A stretch of DNA of 64,000 bases from Candidatus Collierbacteria bacterium RIFOXYD2_FULL_45_13 (lineage in GTDB: Bacteria; Patescibacteriota; Microgenomatia; UBA1400; MFAQ01): assembly GCA_001774685.1 (NCBI GenBank), contig MFAS01000001.1:705485-769484 (forward strand), read 5' to 3'. The number at the start of each line of letters is the position of its first letter. The first letter of the stretch is position 1. This document shows, in pieces, positions 37,538 to 47,322 of this stretch. The position numbers and the translations under genes were made by a program. The notes under the pieces are model-generated. The model saw only the letters and a program-made list of their open reading frames with translations. It had not been told where the DNA came from and did not search any database.

Positions 37538-38878
37538 TTGATAATGGCCAAAACGAGAACTGAAACCGAACACGCACTCAACCCCGAACTGCTTGAACAA
37601 TTATCCACCGAACCGGCTCCAATTAACCTTCACCTCTATCAACCACCGAGACTTTTAACAGTCACTCACCAAGGACGTACCCGATCCGTTTTTGACATCA
37701 CCGGTACCAAGGGACAATTCCCGGGATTCAATCACCAAATCACCCACGAAAGCTATTTCCCTTTAGTCCGAAACCGTATTTTGGCAGACAACAATGTCAA
37801 CTGGGACCTTTTTGGTATTACTGCAGATTGGCTGGAGATCAATTATCCAAACCTTATCGATGAGATTCGCGGTCAGATAGAAGCCGGGGCCAAACTGCCA
37901 GTGGGGGATACATACCTACATATCATCTTGCCTTTCTTGAGCCATGATCATAAAGACATGCTAATTCGAATTGGTAAACAGGCTTACCGACAAAGGTGGG
38001 GAGCCGATCCAGAAACAGTCTGGCTCCCTGAATCGGCGGTTGATTCGGACACACTTACTACTCTCATCAAAAACAATTTTGTGGGAATCCACCTACGTGA
38101 ACATCAGATTCAATCCTCTCATGGTAGCAACCTCTACGCAATCGATACTCAGCAAGGACAAATTCTCGCCATCACCGGTCACAATCATTTAAGTGGCAAA
38201 ATCGGTTTTGACAAGCCCTGGTCAGATTCCTTCTTTGAAGACTGGTATCGACACTCAGAACAGCTAGGCTATGCACCTAGAGTCTCAATCGATGGAGAAA
38301 CTTTAGGTCATTGGTGGAAAGAAGGCGATGGATCATTTGAATTTACCAAATACCTGCTCCGTCACCTGGATGGAAGCCAAGATGAACACAGACTTGATTT
38401 CACCGTCAAAAATATTCCCAACGCTCGACTGGTAGAAAACACCAGCTGGAGCTGTTTGGACACTGGTTTGGGACGTTGGAAGGGGGATGGTAACTGCTAT
38501 TGCGGATTACCCAATAACGAGCAACAAGCAAATCAGATTAGAACATCAAAGAAAGATCTTTTCGACAAACTTACCAAGGCAAGCACCAGAATCGATCAAT
38601 CTCTGGACGCTTATCTTCCGGGTTGGCGAGAAGTCTATATCACATGGTTTCTCAGTCAAAGGTCCAGTTTGGCTACCGGACTTCCCATTTCTGCTGAAAT
38701 CCTTAAAGATAAAAGTCTAGAAAAATTATTTCTTTCCGCCTATGTCAGAGACGTGGGTTGGACCAGTTGCGGCTGGTTTTTTGGTGACATCGATGGCTTC
38801 GAACGCCAAATCCCAGCAAACTCGCTTCGAACTATCGCCGAAATCATGTCCTGGCCGGACACCATCCCAAATCACTAA
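37538..38878 (+). CDS. glycoside hydrolase family 57-like / DUF3536-like protein
   Basis: N-terminal HLYQPPR (the HQP motif) and WLPESAVD (the WxPE motif) are characteristic of GH57-fold proteins. Confidence 0.5.
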   Translation: MIMAKTRTETEHALNPELLEQLSTEPAPINLHLYQPPRLLTVTHQGRTRSVFDITGTKGQFPGFNHQITHESYFPLVRNRILADNNVNWDLFGITADWLEINYPNLIDEIRGQIEAGAKLPVGDTYLHIILPFLSHDHKDMLIRIGKQAYRQRWGADPETVWLPESAVDSDTLTTLIKNNFVGIHLREHQIQSSHGSNLYAIDTQQGQILAITGHNHLSGKIGFDKPWSDSFFEDWYRHSEQLGYAPRVSIDGETLGHWWKEGDGSFEFTKYLLRHLDGSQDEHRLDFTVKNIPNARLVENTSWSCLDTGLGRWKGDGNCYCGLPNNEQQANQIRTSKKDLFDKLTKASTRIDQSLDAYLPGWREVYITWFLSQRSSLATGLPISAEILKDKSLEKLFLSAYVRDVGWTSCGWFFGDIDGFERQIPANSLRTIAEIMSWPDTIPNH

Positions 38879-38881
38879 ACC

Positions 38882-39880
38882 TTGCATTTCCACCCGCAAA
38901 GTAGCTATAGTGATCTCATGCTTGATGTAGCTGAAGAAAATATTGAGAGAAGGGGAGAGCCATCGACGAGAGGTATTTTTTACGAAACAATAAGGGGTGC
39001 TAACGCATCCGATAAAGAATGGCAGAGGAACAAAGACCTTCAAACCAGACAAGAAGCAATTCTTACAAAGCTACAAGAAAGGTTTCCAACAAAGGATTCA
39101 CTAATCGCTTACCTAACAGAAATTTGTGTTGAAGACTATAAAAAACACCAGGAATATGCACGGAAACATCATTTTCGACCCAGAGAATATAACGTCAGAG
39201 GCAAAGTTGCCGGAGAGTTATTTGAAAGATTTGTTAGTGCAGAAAACGATGTATATGATTTGTATGCGGAAACCAAGCACACCGACCCGCTTCCCACAGA
39301 TCCAATTCAAAAGTTAAAGGAGGAAAAATTTATTGACGTTTTTACCAATCCGGAAAAATATGGATTCCAACACATGGAATATTTCAATATTCCCGATATA
39401 CCATTTATCGTTACGAATGAGGGAGACCATATGGTTTTGCGAGCAGTAGCCGAAGTGAAATCCTCTGATCACTTGGACGAAAGATTATATCGTCAATTAT
39501 TACCGACAGGTATTAGACAAGCACTTGTATTTACTTTGGAAAGGTTAAACTCATTAACTCAAAAGGAAGCGATTCGTCGTGGTTTATCCGGCTTTGGTCA
39601 AGGTAAGGAAATGTACATGCTAAGAGACTTTGAACAAATTGTGGTTATGACTCGTGACGTCAACACTCACGATAAGGAAAAACTCATAGCCACAAGAGGT
39701 ATGGAAATCGAAGAATTCCATGATTTCAGAAGAATCCTGGAAGGTAGGCATCCAGATTCACCAACGATAATAATTAATTCATCTTTTAACCGACATGAAC
39801 TCTCTGCCTTATTTAACCTGGTTTTTAATCAAGTTGATGAAAAATTCAAAGCTTCTGCTCCACAGAATCTTAAATACTGA
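38882..39880 (+). CDS. hypothetical protein
   Basis: 332 aa with no recognisable motif; immediately downstream of the GH57-like gene. Confidence 0.4.
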   Translation: MHFHPQSSYSDLMLDVAEENIERRGEPSTRGIFYETIRGANASDKEWQRNKDLQTRQEAILTKLQERFPTKDSLIAYLTEICVEDYKKHQEYARKHHFRPREYNVRGKVAGELFERFVSAENDVYDLYAETKHTDPLPTDPIQKLKEEKFIDVFTNPEKYGFQHMEYFNIPDIPFIVTNEGDHMVLRAVAEVKSSDHLDERLYRQLLPTGIRQALVFTLERLNSLTQKEAIRRGLSGFGQGKEMYMLRDFEQIVVMTRDVNTHDKEKLIATRGMEIEEFHDFRRILEGRHPDSPTIIINSSFNRHELSALFNLVFNQVDEKFKASAPQNLKY

Positions 39881-39910
39881 TATATTAATTAAGTTAAACG
39901 TAAAAAACAC

Positions 39911-40357
39911 ATGGATTCACAAAACACCCAAACCACATTACCCGAAGGCACTAATGCCGCCGTCACCAGCCTCTTCGCTATAGAGAATCTAATCAAAACC
40001 CACATCGCCCACATCGACTCGGTTAAGCTAGAACTCCAAAAGCAATCTGAGATGTTCACCGACATTCTCAACAACGATCCGGCTTTCAAAGAAGCCGCCG
40101 ATGCCGCCAAAGAAATCAACAAGAAAAAGACTGAAGCCAAACAAAACATCCTCAAATCTCCTTCAAATGCTTCTTTGAACCAAAAAATCAAAGATATGAA
40201 GCAGGAAATGAAAGAACTCAAAAACGCCCTTAGTAATTACCTTCAACAATACCAAAAAATTGCCGACACCGATCAAATCGAAAGTGAAGACGGAGAGGTC
40301 CGACAGATCGTCTACTCTGCTCACCTGGTCAAACTCTCCGGCAAGTTCTCCAAGTAG
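39911..40357 (+). CDS. hypothetical coiled-coil protein
   Basis: 148 aa, Lys/Glu-rich with heptad character. Confidence 0.4.
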   Translation: MDSQNTQTTLPEGTNAAVTSLFAIENLIKTHIAHIDSVKLELQKQSEMFTDILNNDPAFKEAADAAKEINKKKTEAKQNILKSPSNASLNQKIKDMKQEMKELKNALSNYLQQYQKIADTDQIESEDGEVRQIVYSAHLVKLSGKFSK

Positions 40358-40391
40358 CGGAAACACCCCATAAGGAGTATAATAAACAGGT

Positions 40392-40414
40392 TAAGCCCTG
40401 CAGCGGGGTTTTTT
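40392..40414 (+). terminator. putative Rho-independent terminator
   Basis: Short stem ccctg/cgggg (with a G-U pair) followed by tttttt. Confidence 0.4.
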
Positions 40415-40416
40415 AA

Positions 40417-42264
40417 ATGCCTACAGCTCAAATAACCATGTTAAACATCAGAAATATCGCCGTCATTGCCCACGTTGATCACGGCAAAACCACGCTCATC
40501 GACGCTTTCATCAAACAGTCGCATATCTTCCGTGACAATCAGGATGAAATGAATCAGACCACTCTTTTGGACAGTAATGTGTTGGAAAGAGAGCGGGGGA
40601 TCACCATTCTAGCCAAAAACATCTCGGTAAACTACAAAGGCACCAAGATTAATATTATCGACACCCCTGGCCATTCGGACTTTTCCGGCGAAGTCGAGCG
40701 TACTCTGGGTATGGCTGATGGGGCACTTCTCATTGTCGACGCTCAAGAAGGACCTATGCCTCAAACCAGATTTGTCCTTAAAAGAGCTTTTGAGCTTAAC
40801 CTCAAGGTCATCGTGGTTATCAATAAAATTGACAAACCCAACGCCGACATTACTAAGACCATCCATCGGATCGGCAATCTCTTTCTGGAGCTTGCTACCC
40901 AAGATGACCAACTGGAATACCCCACACTTTACTCCGTCAGTCGTACAGGCAAAGTCTTCGCTACTCCACCGGTAGATTTTAACCAAGAAGGCAGTGTTGT
41001 CCCTCTGCTCGACGAAATCATCAAATATATTCCGGCTCCAACAAATAGCCAAGAAGGCAGTTTCAAGATGCTTGCCTCTTCGTTGGACTACGACTCGCAT
41101 CTTGGACGTATTGTCATCGGTAAGATATTCCGTGGAACCGTTAAACCTGGTCAAAAGGTCGTCATCGTCGGCGATATTGTCAAGTCAGGACAAATCGACA
41201 AAGTCTTTGTTTCCAACGGACTAACCCGAGAAGAAGTCAAGGAAGCTTACGCTGGTGACATTGTCGCGATTACCGGGATTCAAGAAATTAAAATCGGTCA
41301 AACCGTCTCCACTCAAGGCGATACCGAGTCTTTAGCTTCCGCAAAGATCACTGAACCAACACTCCACGTTACCGTCGGACCAAACACCTCACCTCTTTCC
41401 GGTAGGGAAGGGGAATTCACCACTGCCCGCCAAATTGAAGAGAGACTGGCTCGAGAACTGGAAACAAATCTCTCTCTTAAACTCCGAAAATTGGAAAATG
41501 GTAAATACGAAGTGTCAGGAAAAGGGGAGCTTCATCTCTCTGTTTTGCTGGAAACGCTTCGTCGCGAAGGATATGAGGTCGAGGTGGGCAAGCCAGAAGT
41601 TATATATAAAGAAGTAAACGGTAAAAAGTGTGAACCTTTTGAAGAGGTAAACATTGTTGTTCCCAATGAATATCTCGGAACTATTTCCCAGGAAATCGGT
41701 AAACGTTTCGGACACTTGATCCGCATGGAGCCGGTGTCCGATCAGGAGACCGAATTCGTCTATCGCATGCCGACCAGAGCCATTCTCGGTTTGAGGTCTC
41801 TGCTTTTGACCGCTACCAAGGGAACTGTAATTTTTAACAGCCAATTTATCGATTTCGAACCAGTTGGTCCAAACTTGCCTAAAATGCGCAGAGGTGTCCT
41901 AATAGCCACAAACTCGGGCGAAGCCCTGTCCTATGGCCTTCAGGCGGCCCAAGAGCGTGGCGTTACCTTCGTCGAACCAGGCGACAACCTCTATGAAGGT
42001 CAAATCGTAGGTATGAACGCCAAAGCTGAGGACATTGAGATAAACGCTTGTAAAGGCAAACAGCTGACCAATATGCGCTCAAAATCGTCAGACGGCGTCA
42101 TTCAACTTGTTCCAGCCCTCAAATACTCGCTAGAACAGTGTTTAGATTTCCTCGAATCCGACGAGCTCTTGGAAATTACACCCAAAAATCTGAGACTTCG
42201 CAAAAAGTACCTAACCTCCATTGAGCGCCGCCGTCACCGCGAAGAGCTCAAAAACACCTACTAA
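40417..42264 (+). CDS. typA: translational GTPase TypA/BipA
   Basis: G1 motif AHVDHGKTTL, G3 motif DTPGH, G4 motif NKID, EF-G-like domains and 615 aa, typical of BipA. Confidence 0.9.
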   Translation: MPTAQITMLNIRNIAVIAHVDHGKTTLIDAFIKQSHIFRDNQDEMNQTTLLDSNVLERERGITILAKNISVNYKGTKINIIDTPGHSDFSGEVERTLGMADGALLIVDAQEGPMPQTRFVLKRAFELNLKVIVVINKIDKPNADITKTIHRIGNLFLELATQDDQLEYPTLYSVSRTGKVFATPPVDFNQEGSVVPLLDEIIKYIPAPTNSQEGSFKMLASSLDYDSHLGRIVIGKIFRGTVKPGQKVVIVGDIVKSGQIDKVFVSNGLTREEVKEAYAGDIVAITGIQEIKIGQTVSTQGDTESLASAKITEPTLHVTVGPNTSPLSGREGEFTTARQIEERLARELETNLSLKLRKLENGKYEVSGKGELHLSVLLETLRREGYEVEVGKPEVIYKEVNGKKCEPFEEVNIVVPNEYLGTISQEIGKRFGHLIRMEPVSDQETEFVYRMPTRAILGLRSLLLTATKGTVIFNSQFIDFEPVGPNLPKMRRGVLIATNSGEALSYGLQAAQERGVTFVEPGDNLYEGQIVGMNAKAEDIEINACKGKQLTNMRSKSSDGVIQLVPALKYSLEQCLDFLESDELLEITPKNLRLRKKYLTSIERRRHREELKNTY

Positions 42265-42347
42265 TCGAGTTTTCTCTTCTCCCTACAAGATACTTGTGCT
42301 ATACTACAAAGTGTACTATCAACACTTTGTACCTTAAAAGGAGAACT

Positions 42348-43298
42348 ATGAAGATTCTTAACCTTGATCAAGCAAAATGGATCACCAAGTTGGCTGTTAC
42401 CAAGCTGGCTAATTACCTCGAGGAGAACAATATTCACCATATTGTTCTCGGTGTTTCCGGTGGACTAGACTCCGCTGTCATGGCCGCCCTGGGACTTAGA
42501 GCGATTCAAAATCTGAGATCCAGGGGTTACGAATGCGGCTACACCTTCGACTTTATTGGTATCGAAAGCAATCGAAGTGACCTGAAAAAGGCCAGGGAAC
42601 TTTCCCAGGAACTGGGTTTCGTACTGAATGAGTTTGACTACACTGATTGGTATCGCCAATCACCTATTCGCCAGCAGGTGCACAGCACTTCACCTCGATT
42701 GCGGGTGGCTAATGGCAATCTCAAATGTCGGATTCGCCTGCTGCATCTCTACGACCGTGCTCAGCTTTTTGGCGGTATCGTTCTTGATACCGACGACCTG
42801 TCCGAACTTCTCATGGGGTTCTGGACCAAACATGGTGATGTGGGGGACGTCAAGGTGCTTCAGTATTTAACCAAGGAAGAAGTGCGGGATCTCGGTGAGG
42901 TCTGGGGGGTTACTGCAGAAATCTTGGAGTCTGCCCCAGGCGATGGTCTCGGTGTCACCGATACCAACCAAGCCAAAGATCAGCTCAAAATGGATTATTT
43001 GAAAACCGACTATGTCATGAGCCGCCTCATCGGATGCGGCTTAGACTACAACGGCGACATGTCACAGCTGTCGAAACCCATGATCATTTCCACCATCAAG
43101 CAAATTGCCAAGGAAATTAACGAGCCGATCGAAAATATCTTCCATGTTGCCAGACAGTCATTAAGAACCGCCTTCAAACGAAGATATGGCGACGACGTGG
43201 CTATTCTCCTCGAAGACCGTCACGAGATGGGGCTTCCAGAATTGGGAGAGCTTGCTTTCAATGAAGTCTATCTCCAGGCCATTACTGGTTCCGTCTAA
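42348..43298 (+). CDS. nadE: NH3-dependent NAD+ synthetase
   Basis: PP-loop LGVSGGLDSAV, with an aaaaggag Shine-Dalgarno before the ATG at 42348. The listed upstream extension is not supported. Confidence 0.75.
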   Translation: MKILNLDQAKWITKLAVTKLANYLEENNIHHIVLGVSGGLDSAVMAALGLRAIQNLRSRGYECGYTFDFIGIESNRSDLKKARELSQELGFVLNEFDYTDWYRQSPIRQQVHSTSPRLRVANGNLKCRIRLLHLYDRAQLFGGIVLDTDDLSELLMGFWTKHGDVGDVKVLQYLTKEEVRDLGEVWGVTAEILESAPGDGLGVTDTNQAKDQLKMDYLKTDYVMSRLIGCGLDYNGDMSQLSKPMIISTIKQIAKEINEPIENIFHVARQSLRTAFKRRYGDDVAILLEDRHEMGLPELGELAFNEVYLQAITGSV

Positions 43299-43308
43299 AG
43301 AATATCTC

Positions 43309-43336
43309 AAAACCACCCCTCGGGGTGGTTTTCTTT
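43309..43336 (+). terminator. Rho-independent terminator after nadE
   Basis: Hairpin ccacccc-tcg-gggtgg followed by ttttctttt. Confidence 0.7.
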
Positions 43337-43337
43337 T

Positions 43338-43355
43338 GTGACTCGGGGCGGACTC
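43338..43355 (-). repeat. 18-nt direct repeat of the tRNA-Arg(TCT) 3' end (att-like)
   Basis: gtgactcggggcggactc is identical to 43475-43492. Confidence 0.85.
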
Positions 43356-43475
43356 CTCTCGGTCACCACCTGCTGGTGGTGCCTCAAGACCCGGCTCAGC
43401 GCCGTCGCGCTTCTGCCATCCTCGCTCGCCCAAAATAACATTAAAAATCTCCCCACAAGGGAGAGATTTTCAATG

Positions 43476-43549
43476 TGACTCGGGGCGGACTCGGACCGCC
43501 GACCTACTGCTTAGAAGGCAGTCGCTCTATCCAGCTGAGCTACCGAGTC
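43476..43549 (-). tRNA. tRNA-Arg(TCT)
   Basis: Acceptor GACTCGG/CCGAGTC, D-arm AGCTCAGCTGGATAGAGC, anticodon stem ACTGC/GCAGT with loop CTTCTAA, and T-stem GGCGG/CCGCC. Confidence 0.8.
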
Positions 43550-43554
43550 AGGTG

Positions 43555-43638
43555 TGCCGGGGGCGGGAATCGGACCCGCACTCCTTTAGAGGGAACGGGA
43601 TTTTAAGTCCCGCGTGGCTACCATTTCACCACCCCGGC
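43555..43638 (-). tRNA. tRNA-Leu(TAA)
   Basis: Acceptor GCCGGGG/CCCCGGC, anticodon loop CTTAAAA, a long variable arm and T-stem GCGGG/CCCGC. Confidence 0.8.
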
Positions 43639-43675
43639 CTAGGCATGTCTATTTTAACTCAAAAAGAACGGAATA

Positions 43676-44011
43676 ATGTTAAACTATCTTATGAAATTTA
43701 GCCTTCGTCTCCTTTACCTTTATCTCTTTTCCTTTGTAGGTCTGCTCATTACTGTCATCGGCAGTATACAAATTATCGATCTCGGCCTAAAAACTTACGT
43801 CTTCAAGGTATCTGAATACTCTTATTACCCCGAACCGATAGCATCTCCAGATGGTAAATCCACCGGTATTTCAGTCGAAGAACAACAGAAGCGAAACGAA
43901 GTCGAACAGGCCAACCAGCGCAAACGCCAACTCTCCACCTCCCTCTCCATGATTCTTGTCGGAGCACCACTTTACCTCTACCACTGGAAAACCATCAAGA
44001 GAGAGAACTAA
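43676..44011 (+). CDS. small membrane protein
   Basis: 111 aa with two TM helices. Confidence 0.45.
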   Translation: MLNYLMKFSLRLLYLYLFSFVGLLITVIGSIQIIDLGLKTYVFKVSEYSYYPEPIASPDGKSTGISVEEQQKRNEVEQANQRKRQLSTSLSMILVGAPLYLYHWKTIKREN

Positions 44012-44029
44012 TCTTAGATCTGTCCAAAT

Positions 44030-44060
44030 ATGAAAATCCCCGCTATACGGCGGGGACTTT
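44030..44060. terminator. terminator hairpin (bidirectional context)
   Basis: ccccgc-tatacg-gcgggg followed by acttttt. Confidence 0.65.
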
Positions 44061-44462
44061 TTCGTGTCTGTGAAAGTTGAAAGTCGCTTCAGCGAGAACC
44101 CAAGGGTAAGGCGTGCTTCCGCTAAAGGCAGGATCCTGCGCCTTACAGAGCTCAATGGCGAGTGCGTGAATCGCCAGGTGGCAGCTATAACAGACACACA
44201 CCGCATCCGCCCAGTACCTAAAGCCAAATGACTTGAATTTATCTACCGGGATGAGGTCGCCTACCCTATAAACTGAACCAGCCGGTGCGTCGGTAACTTT
44301 GTACGCATATTTTTCCGGATAAACACCTGGTACCAGTATCAAGTGTAAACCTGTTCCGGAGTGAAATGCCCGGTATTCACGGATCCCAAATTTCTTACCG
44401 CAGCAAAAGCAACGAGGGCTGACCCTCCTTAGTTCACTGGTAATGCTCGTTGGGTATGGCAT
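44043..44462 (-). CDS. hypothetical Cys-rich (zinc-finger-like) protein
   Basis: 139 aa with CFCCGKK and CVCYSCHLAIH clusters. It could be an HNH-like or zinc-ribbon fold, which is inference only. The true start is probably internal because the 3' end overlaps a terminator. Confidence 0.3.
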   Translation of the reverse strand: MPYPTSITSELRRVSPRCFCCGKKFGIREYRAFHSGTGLHLILVPGVYPEKYAYKVTDAPAGSVYRVGDLIPVDKFKSFGFRYWADAVCVCYSCHLAIHALAIELCKAQDPAFSGSTPYPWVLAEATFNFHRHEKVPAV

Positions 44463-44644
44463 TTAACCCTCCTTTGTCAAAGTTTTTCCTATAATACAGC
44501 ATCGCTCCCCAAAACACAAGCTATAGGACCGTTCTGGTATCTGCATCAGAGCTGGAAATACGAAGTGGCTCGGACAGAATTTAGGGAGGTGAAAGAAATT
44601 GCCATGAGCTAATAAAACAACCCCTGCTCAGGCCTTTCGCTTGT

Positions 44645-47251
44645 TTATACTTGCCTTTTTCGCCAAAGGGAGAACAAGATAGAAACCAGAAGGGAAAGGA
44701 CAACTGTGGCAAGAACCAAAGAGACTGGATTCTTATAGATCGGAGTTTTGCTTTCCTCCGTTACCCGAATATCAAAGTTGAATTGTTTGGTATTGTCTCC
44801 TTCGAGGGTGACTTTTTGTTCTCTGGTAAAGTTGGCGTAGGCTATTTTGATCAAGTGGTTTCCTCCGGGAACGTTATGGAAAAGGGCGATTCCCTGCTTG
44901 TCGGTGTAGCTGGTTTGGATGTCGGAATGAATTTCTACTCTGGCATTAATGATCGGTTGATTTTGCTTACTAATGACCTTGACCTGGACAGTATAACCTT
45001 GCTGTTGGACCTGTTGCTTCTCTTCCTCAGACTGAACCGGAATTTGTTCTTGGTTAGTGATTTCGGTTTGTAAGTTTCCCTGAGTCTGATAGTTAACACC
45101 TGAAGCAGCCGAACTATAGTTAAGGGAAAGATAAAAGACTGGGTAATTGTAGCTATTACCTACCTGATCTTTCAAGCTAAGATTGGTTTGGTAGTATCCG
45201 TCGATTAATGGATAGGGAACAGTGATATAGAAACGGGCATATTTTTCATTAAGAGGTTCATCTTTGATGTCGGTTAAAGAATATTCTTTGGTCAGATGAT
45301 CAATAAAATCGCCTCGACTATCTTTTCTTTTCAGTGTTAGAGTTAGGGTTAGGGGGCCGGAACAAACTTTGTCAAAAGTATCCTTGGTATCATTAGCATT
45401 GGTTTTTGTAGAGCCTTGGTAGGGATCAGAGGCTTTACCAGAAAAAGATGGTGTTCGGTTGGTAACATTAAGTTTATAAACCTGACCTTGTGCAACAGTC
45501 GAAACATTGGCAACTGCCAGTTCAGAGATAGAAGGATTAGTTTTATCGAGATAAAAGTCTTTGGATTCTTCTTTGCTGTTGCCGGCATTATCATAAGCAA
45601 TTACTTTCCAGGAGTGCTTGCCCTCGGTTAGTTCAGCAGAGTCAAGGCCTTTGAAATAGACCCTGATCTGGTCGTTGGTTGAGTCAGAATCATTTTCGTT
45701 GGTAAATTCTACTTTAACACTGGAATCATCCTTCCAAACATAAGCTGAGGATCCGTTGCCAGAAGCCGGAATGCCGGTAGTAGACCAATTCTGGTTTTTG
45801 CCGTCATCCAGAAAAACCGAATAAGAACTGATACCGGCAGTAGCATCAGTGGCTTTTTTGAAAACTAAAGTTGGTCTGGTAAAGTCTTTGGTATAACCGG
45901 TGGGAGAATCCAAAGTCAGACTAATCGGAACGGTGGTGTCGATGGTAAAACTATCAGTTGAAGCATTGGCGTTACTCGTGGTATTGGAGTTGGAATCAGT
46001 AGCCCGTACATAGATCGTGTGGGCTCCGTCAGCTAGAGCTGGAGAAACGGTGCAGGTAAAAGCCTCGGAGGCCTCATCAAAAGTGCCATCGTCGGCCGTG
46101 CAGGCCGTCCAACTACCGGTGGTTCCGTCCATTTGATATTCAACGGAACTGACTGTACCTTCATCCTCAGTGGCTGTTCCTGTGATGGCTGGTGTGGCAT
46201 CAGAAGTTGGATCTGGAGAGAAAGCGGAAAGAGAAATTGAAGGCGCGGCGCTATCCGGGGTCGGAGTGTAATAGACTTTTCGGGTTCTGGACCCCGTATC
46301 TCCGCCAATCAACCACATCTGGCTATCATAGACGACGGAAGAATGGGTATAAGTGGCTACCGGCAAAGCGTCGGTGCCCGCCTCTGTCCAGGTAATACCA
46401 TCAGCTGAGGAGTAGACTCTTCGGGACCTAGCAAATGAAGTCGTAGCTCCTCCAATCACCCACATTTTGCTATCAAAAACGACTGCAGCACTCCATCCAG
46501 TAACCACCGGCAAAGCATTGGTGCCTGCTTCTGTCCAGGTAATCCCATCACTAGAGTAGTAGACTTTTCTGACGAGACCCCCAGCGTATCCTCCAATCAC
46601 CCACATTTTGCTATCAAAGACGACCGAAGAATGGTTATAAGTGGCTACCGGCAAAGCATTGGTGCCTGCTTCTGTCCAGGTAATCCCATCACTAGAGTAG
46701 TAGACTTTTCGGGTTGCGGCAGGAACTGACCCCCCTATCACCCACATTTTGCTATCGAAAACGACCGAAGAATGACCTTCAGTACGCACCGGCAAAGCGT
46801 CGGTGCCCGCCTCTGTCCAGGTAATACCATCGGTAGAGTAGTAGACTTTTCTTTTTATTGCGTCTACGCCCCCGGCCCCAGTATTTCCGCCTATCACCCA
46901 CATCTTGCTATCAAAGACTACAGAAGTATGATTGTAAGTACCCACCGGCAAAGCGTCGGTGCCCGCCTCTGTCCAGGTAATACCATCGGTAGAGTAGTAG
47001 ACTTTTCGGGTTGCGCTCCCCGTATTTCCTCCAATCACCCACATTTTGCTATTGAAAACGATGGAAGAAAGATAGGATGTGGCTACTGGCAAGGCGTCAG
47101 TTCCCGCTTCGACCCAAGAGGAGCCGTCAGGAAGAGCCAGAACTGTTTTGGTTACCAGTGGATTAAACAGAAAAGAGATAAGAAAGCAACTCAAGAGAAC
47201 TATTCTAGATAAGATTTTTTTGATATTAAAGATTTTCAAAAACTTATTCAA
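44645..47251 (-). CDS. cell-surface protein: signal peptide, six or seven Kelch-like beta-propeller repeats, Ig-like domains and a C-terminal TM anchor
   Basis: 868 aa. A roughly 49-aa repeat (YYS.DGITWTEAGT.ALPV......SSVVFDSKMWVIGG) occurs six or more times and is encoded by near-identical 147-bp DNA units. The C-terminal hydrophobic segment is followed by RKRQV. Confidence 0.7.
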   Translation of the reverse strand: MNKFLKIFNIKKILSRIVLLSCFLISFLFNPLVTKTVLALPDGSSWVEAGTDALPVATSYLSSIVFNSKMWVIGGNTGSATRKVYYSTDGITWTEAGTDALPVGTYNHTSVVFDSKMWVIGGNTGAGGVDAIKRKVYYSTDGITWTEAGTDALPVRTEGHSSVVFDSKMWVIGGSVPAATRKVYYSSDGITWTEAGTNALPVATYNHSSVVFDSKMWVIGGYAGGLVRKVYYSSDGITWTEAGTNALPVVTGWSAAVVFDSKMWVIGGATTSFARSRRVYSSADGITWTEAGTDALPVATYTHSSVVYDSQMWLIGGDTGSRTRKVYYTPTPDSAAPSISLSAFSPDPTSDATPAITGTATEDEGTVSSVEYQMDGTTGSWTACTADDGTFDEASEAFTCTVSPALADGAHTIYVRATDSNSNTTSNANASTDSFTIDTTVPISLTLDSPTGYTKDFTRPTLVFKKATDATAGISSYSVFLDDGKNQNWSTTGIPASGNGSSAYVWKDDSSVKVEFTNENDSDSTNDQIRVYFKGLDSAELTEGKHSWKVIAYDNAGNSKEESKDFYLDKTNPSISELAVANVSTVAQGQVYKLNVTNRTPSFSGKASDPYQGSTKTNANDTKDTFDKVCSGPLTLTLTLKRKDSRGDFIDHLTKEYSLTDIKDEPLNEKYARFYITVPYPLIDGYYQTNLSLKDQVGNSYNYPVFYLSLNYSSAASGVNYQTQGNLQTEITNQEQIPVQSEEEKQQVQQQGYTVQVKVISKQNQPIINARVEIHSDIQTSYTDKQGIALFHNVPGGNHLIKIAYANFTREQKVTLEGDNTKQFNFDIRVTEESKTPIYKNPVSLVLATVVLSLLVSILFSLWRKRQV

Positions 47252-47322
47252 AGTATATTTAGTGTATCAAGCGTGTTACACAATTGCAACATATATTACA
47301 GTTAGTATATTCCCATTATTGG

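Noticed and set aside
42294-42347. Upstream extension of nadE (MCYTTKCTINTLYLKRRT).
   Set aside because: A strong Shine-Dalgarno (aaaaggag) precedes the ATG at 42348, and the extension spans a hairpin.
43161-43433. A 90-aa reverse-strand ORF rich in Gly/Pro/Arg/Glu.
   Set aside because: It lies entirely within the GC-rich tRNA-Arg flanking element and the nadE terminator. The composition reflects GC-rich repeat DNA, and there is no ribosome-binding site.
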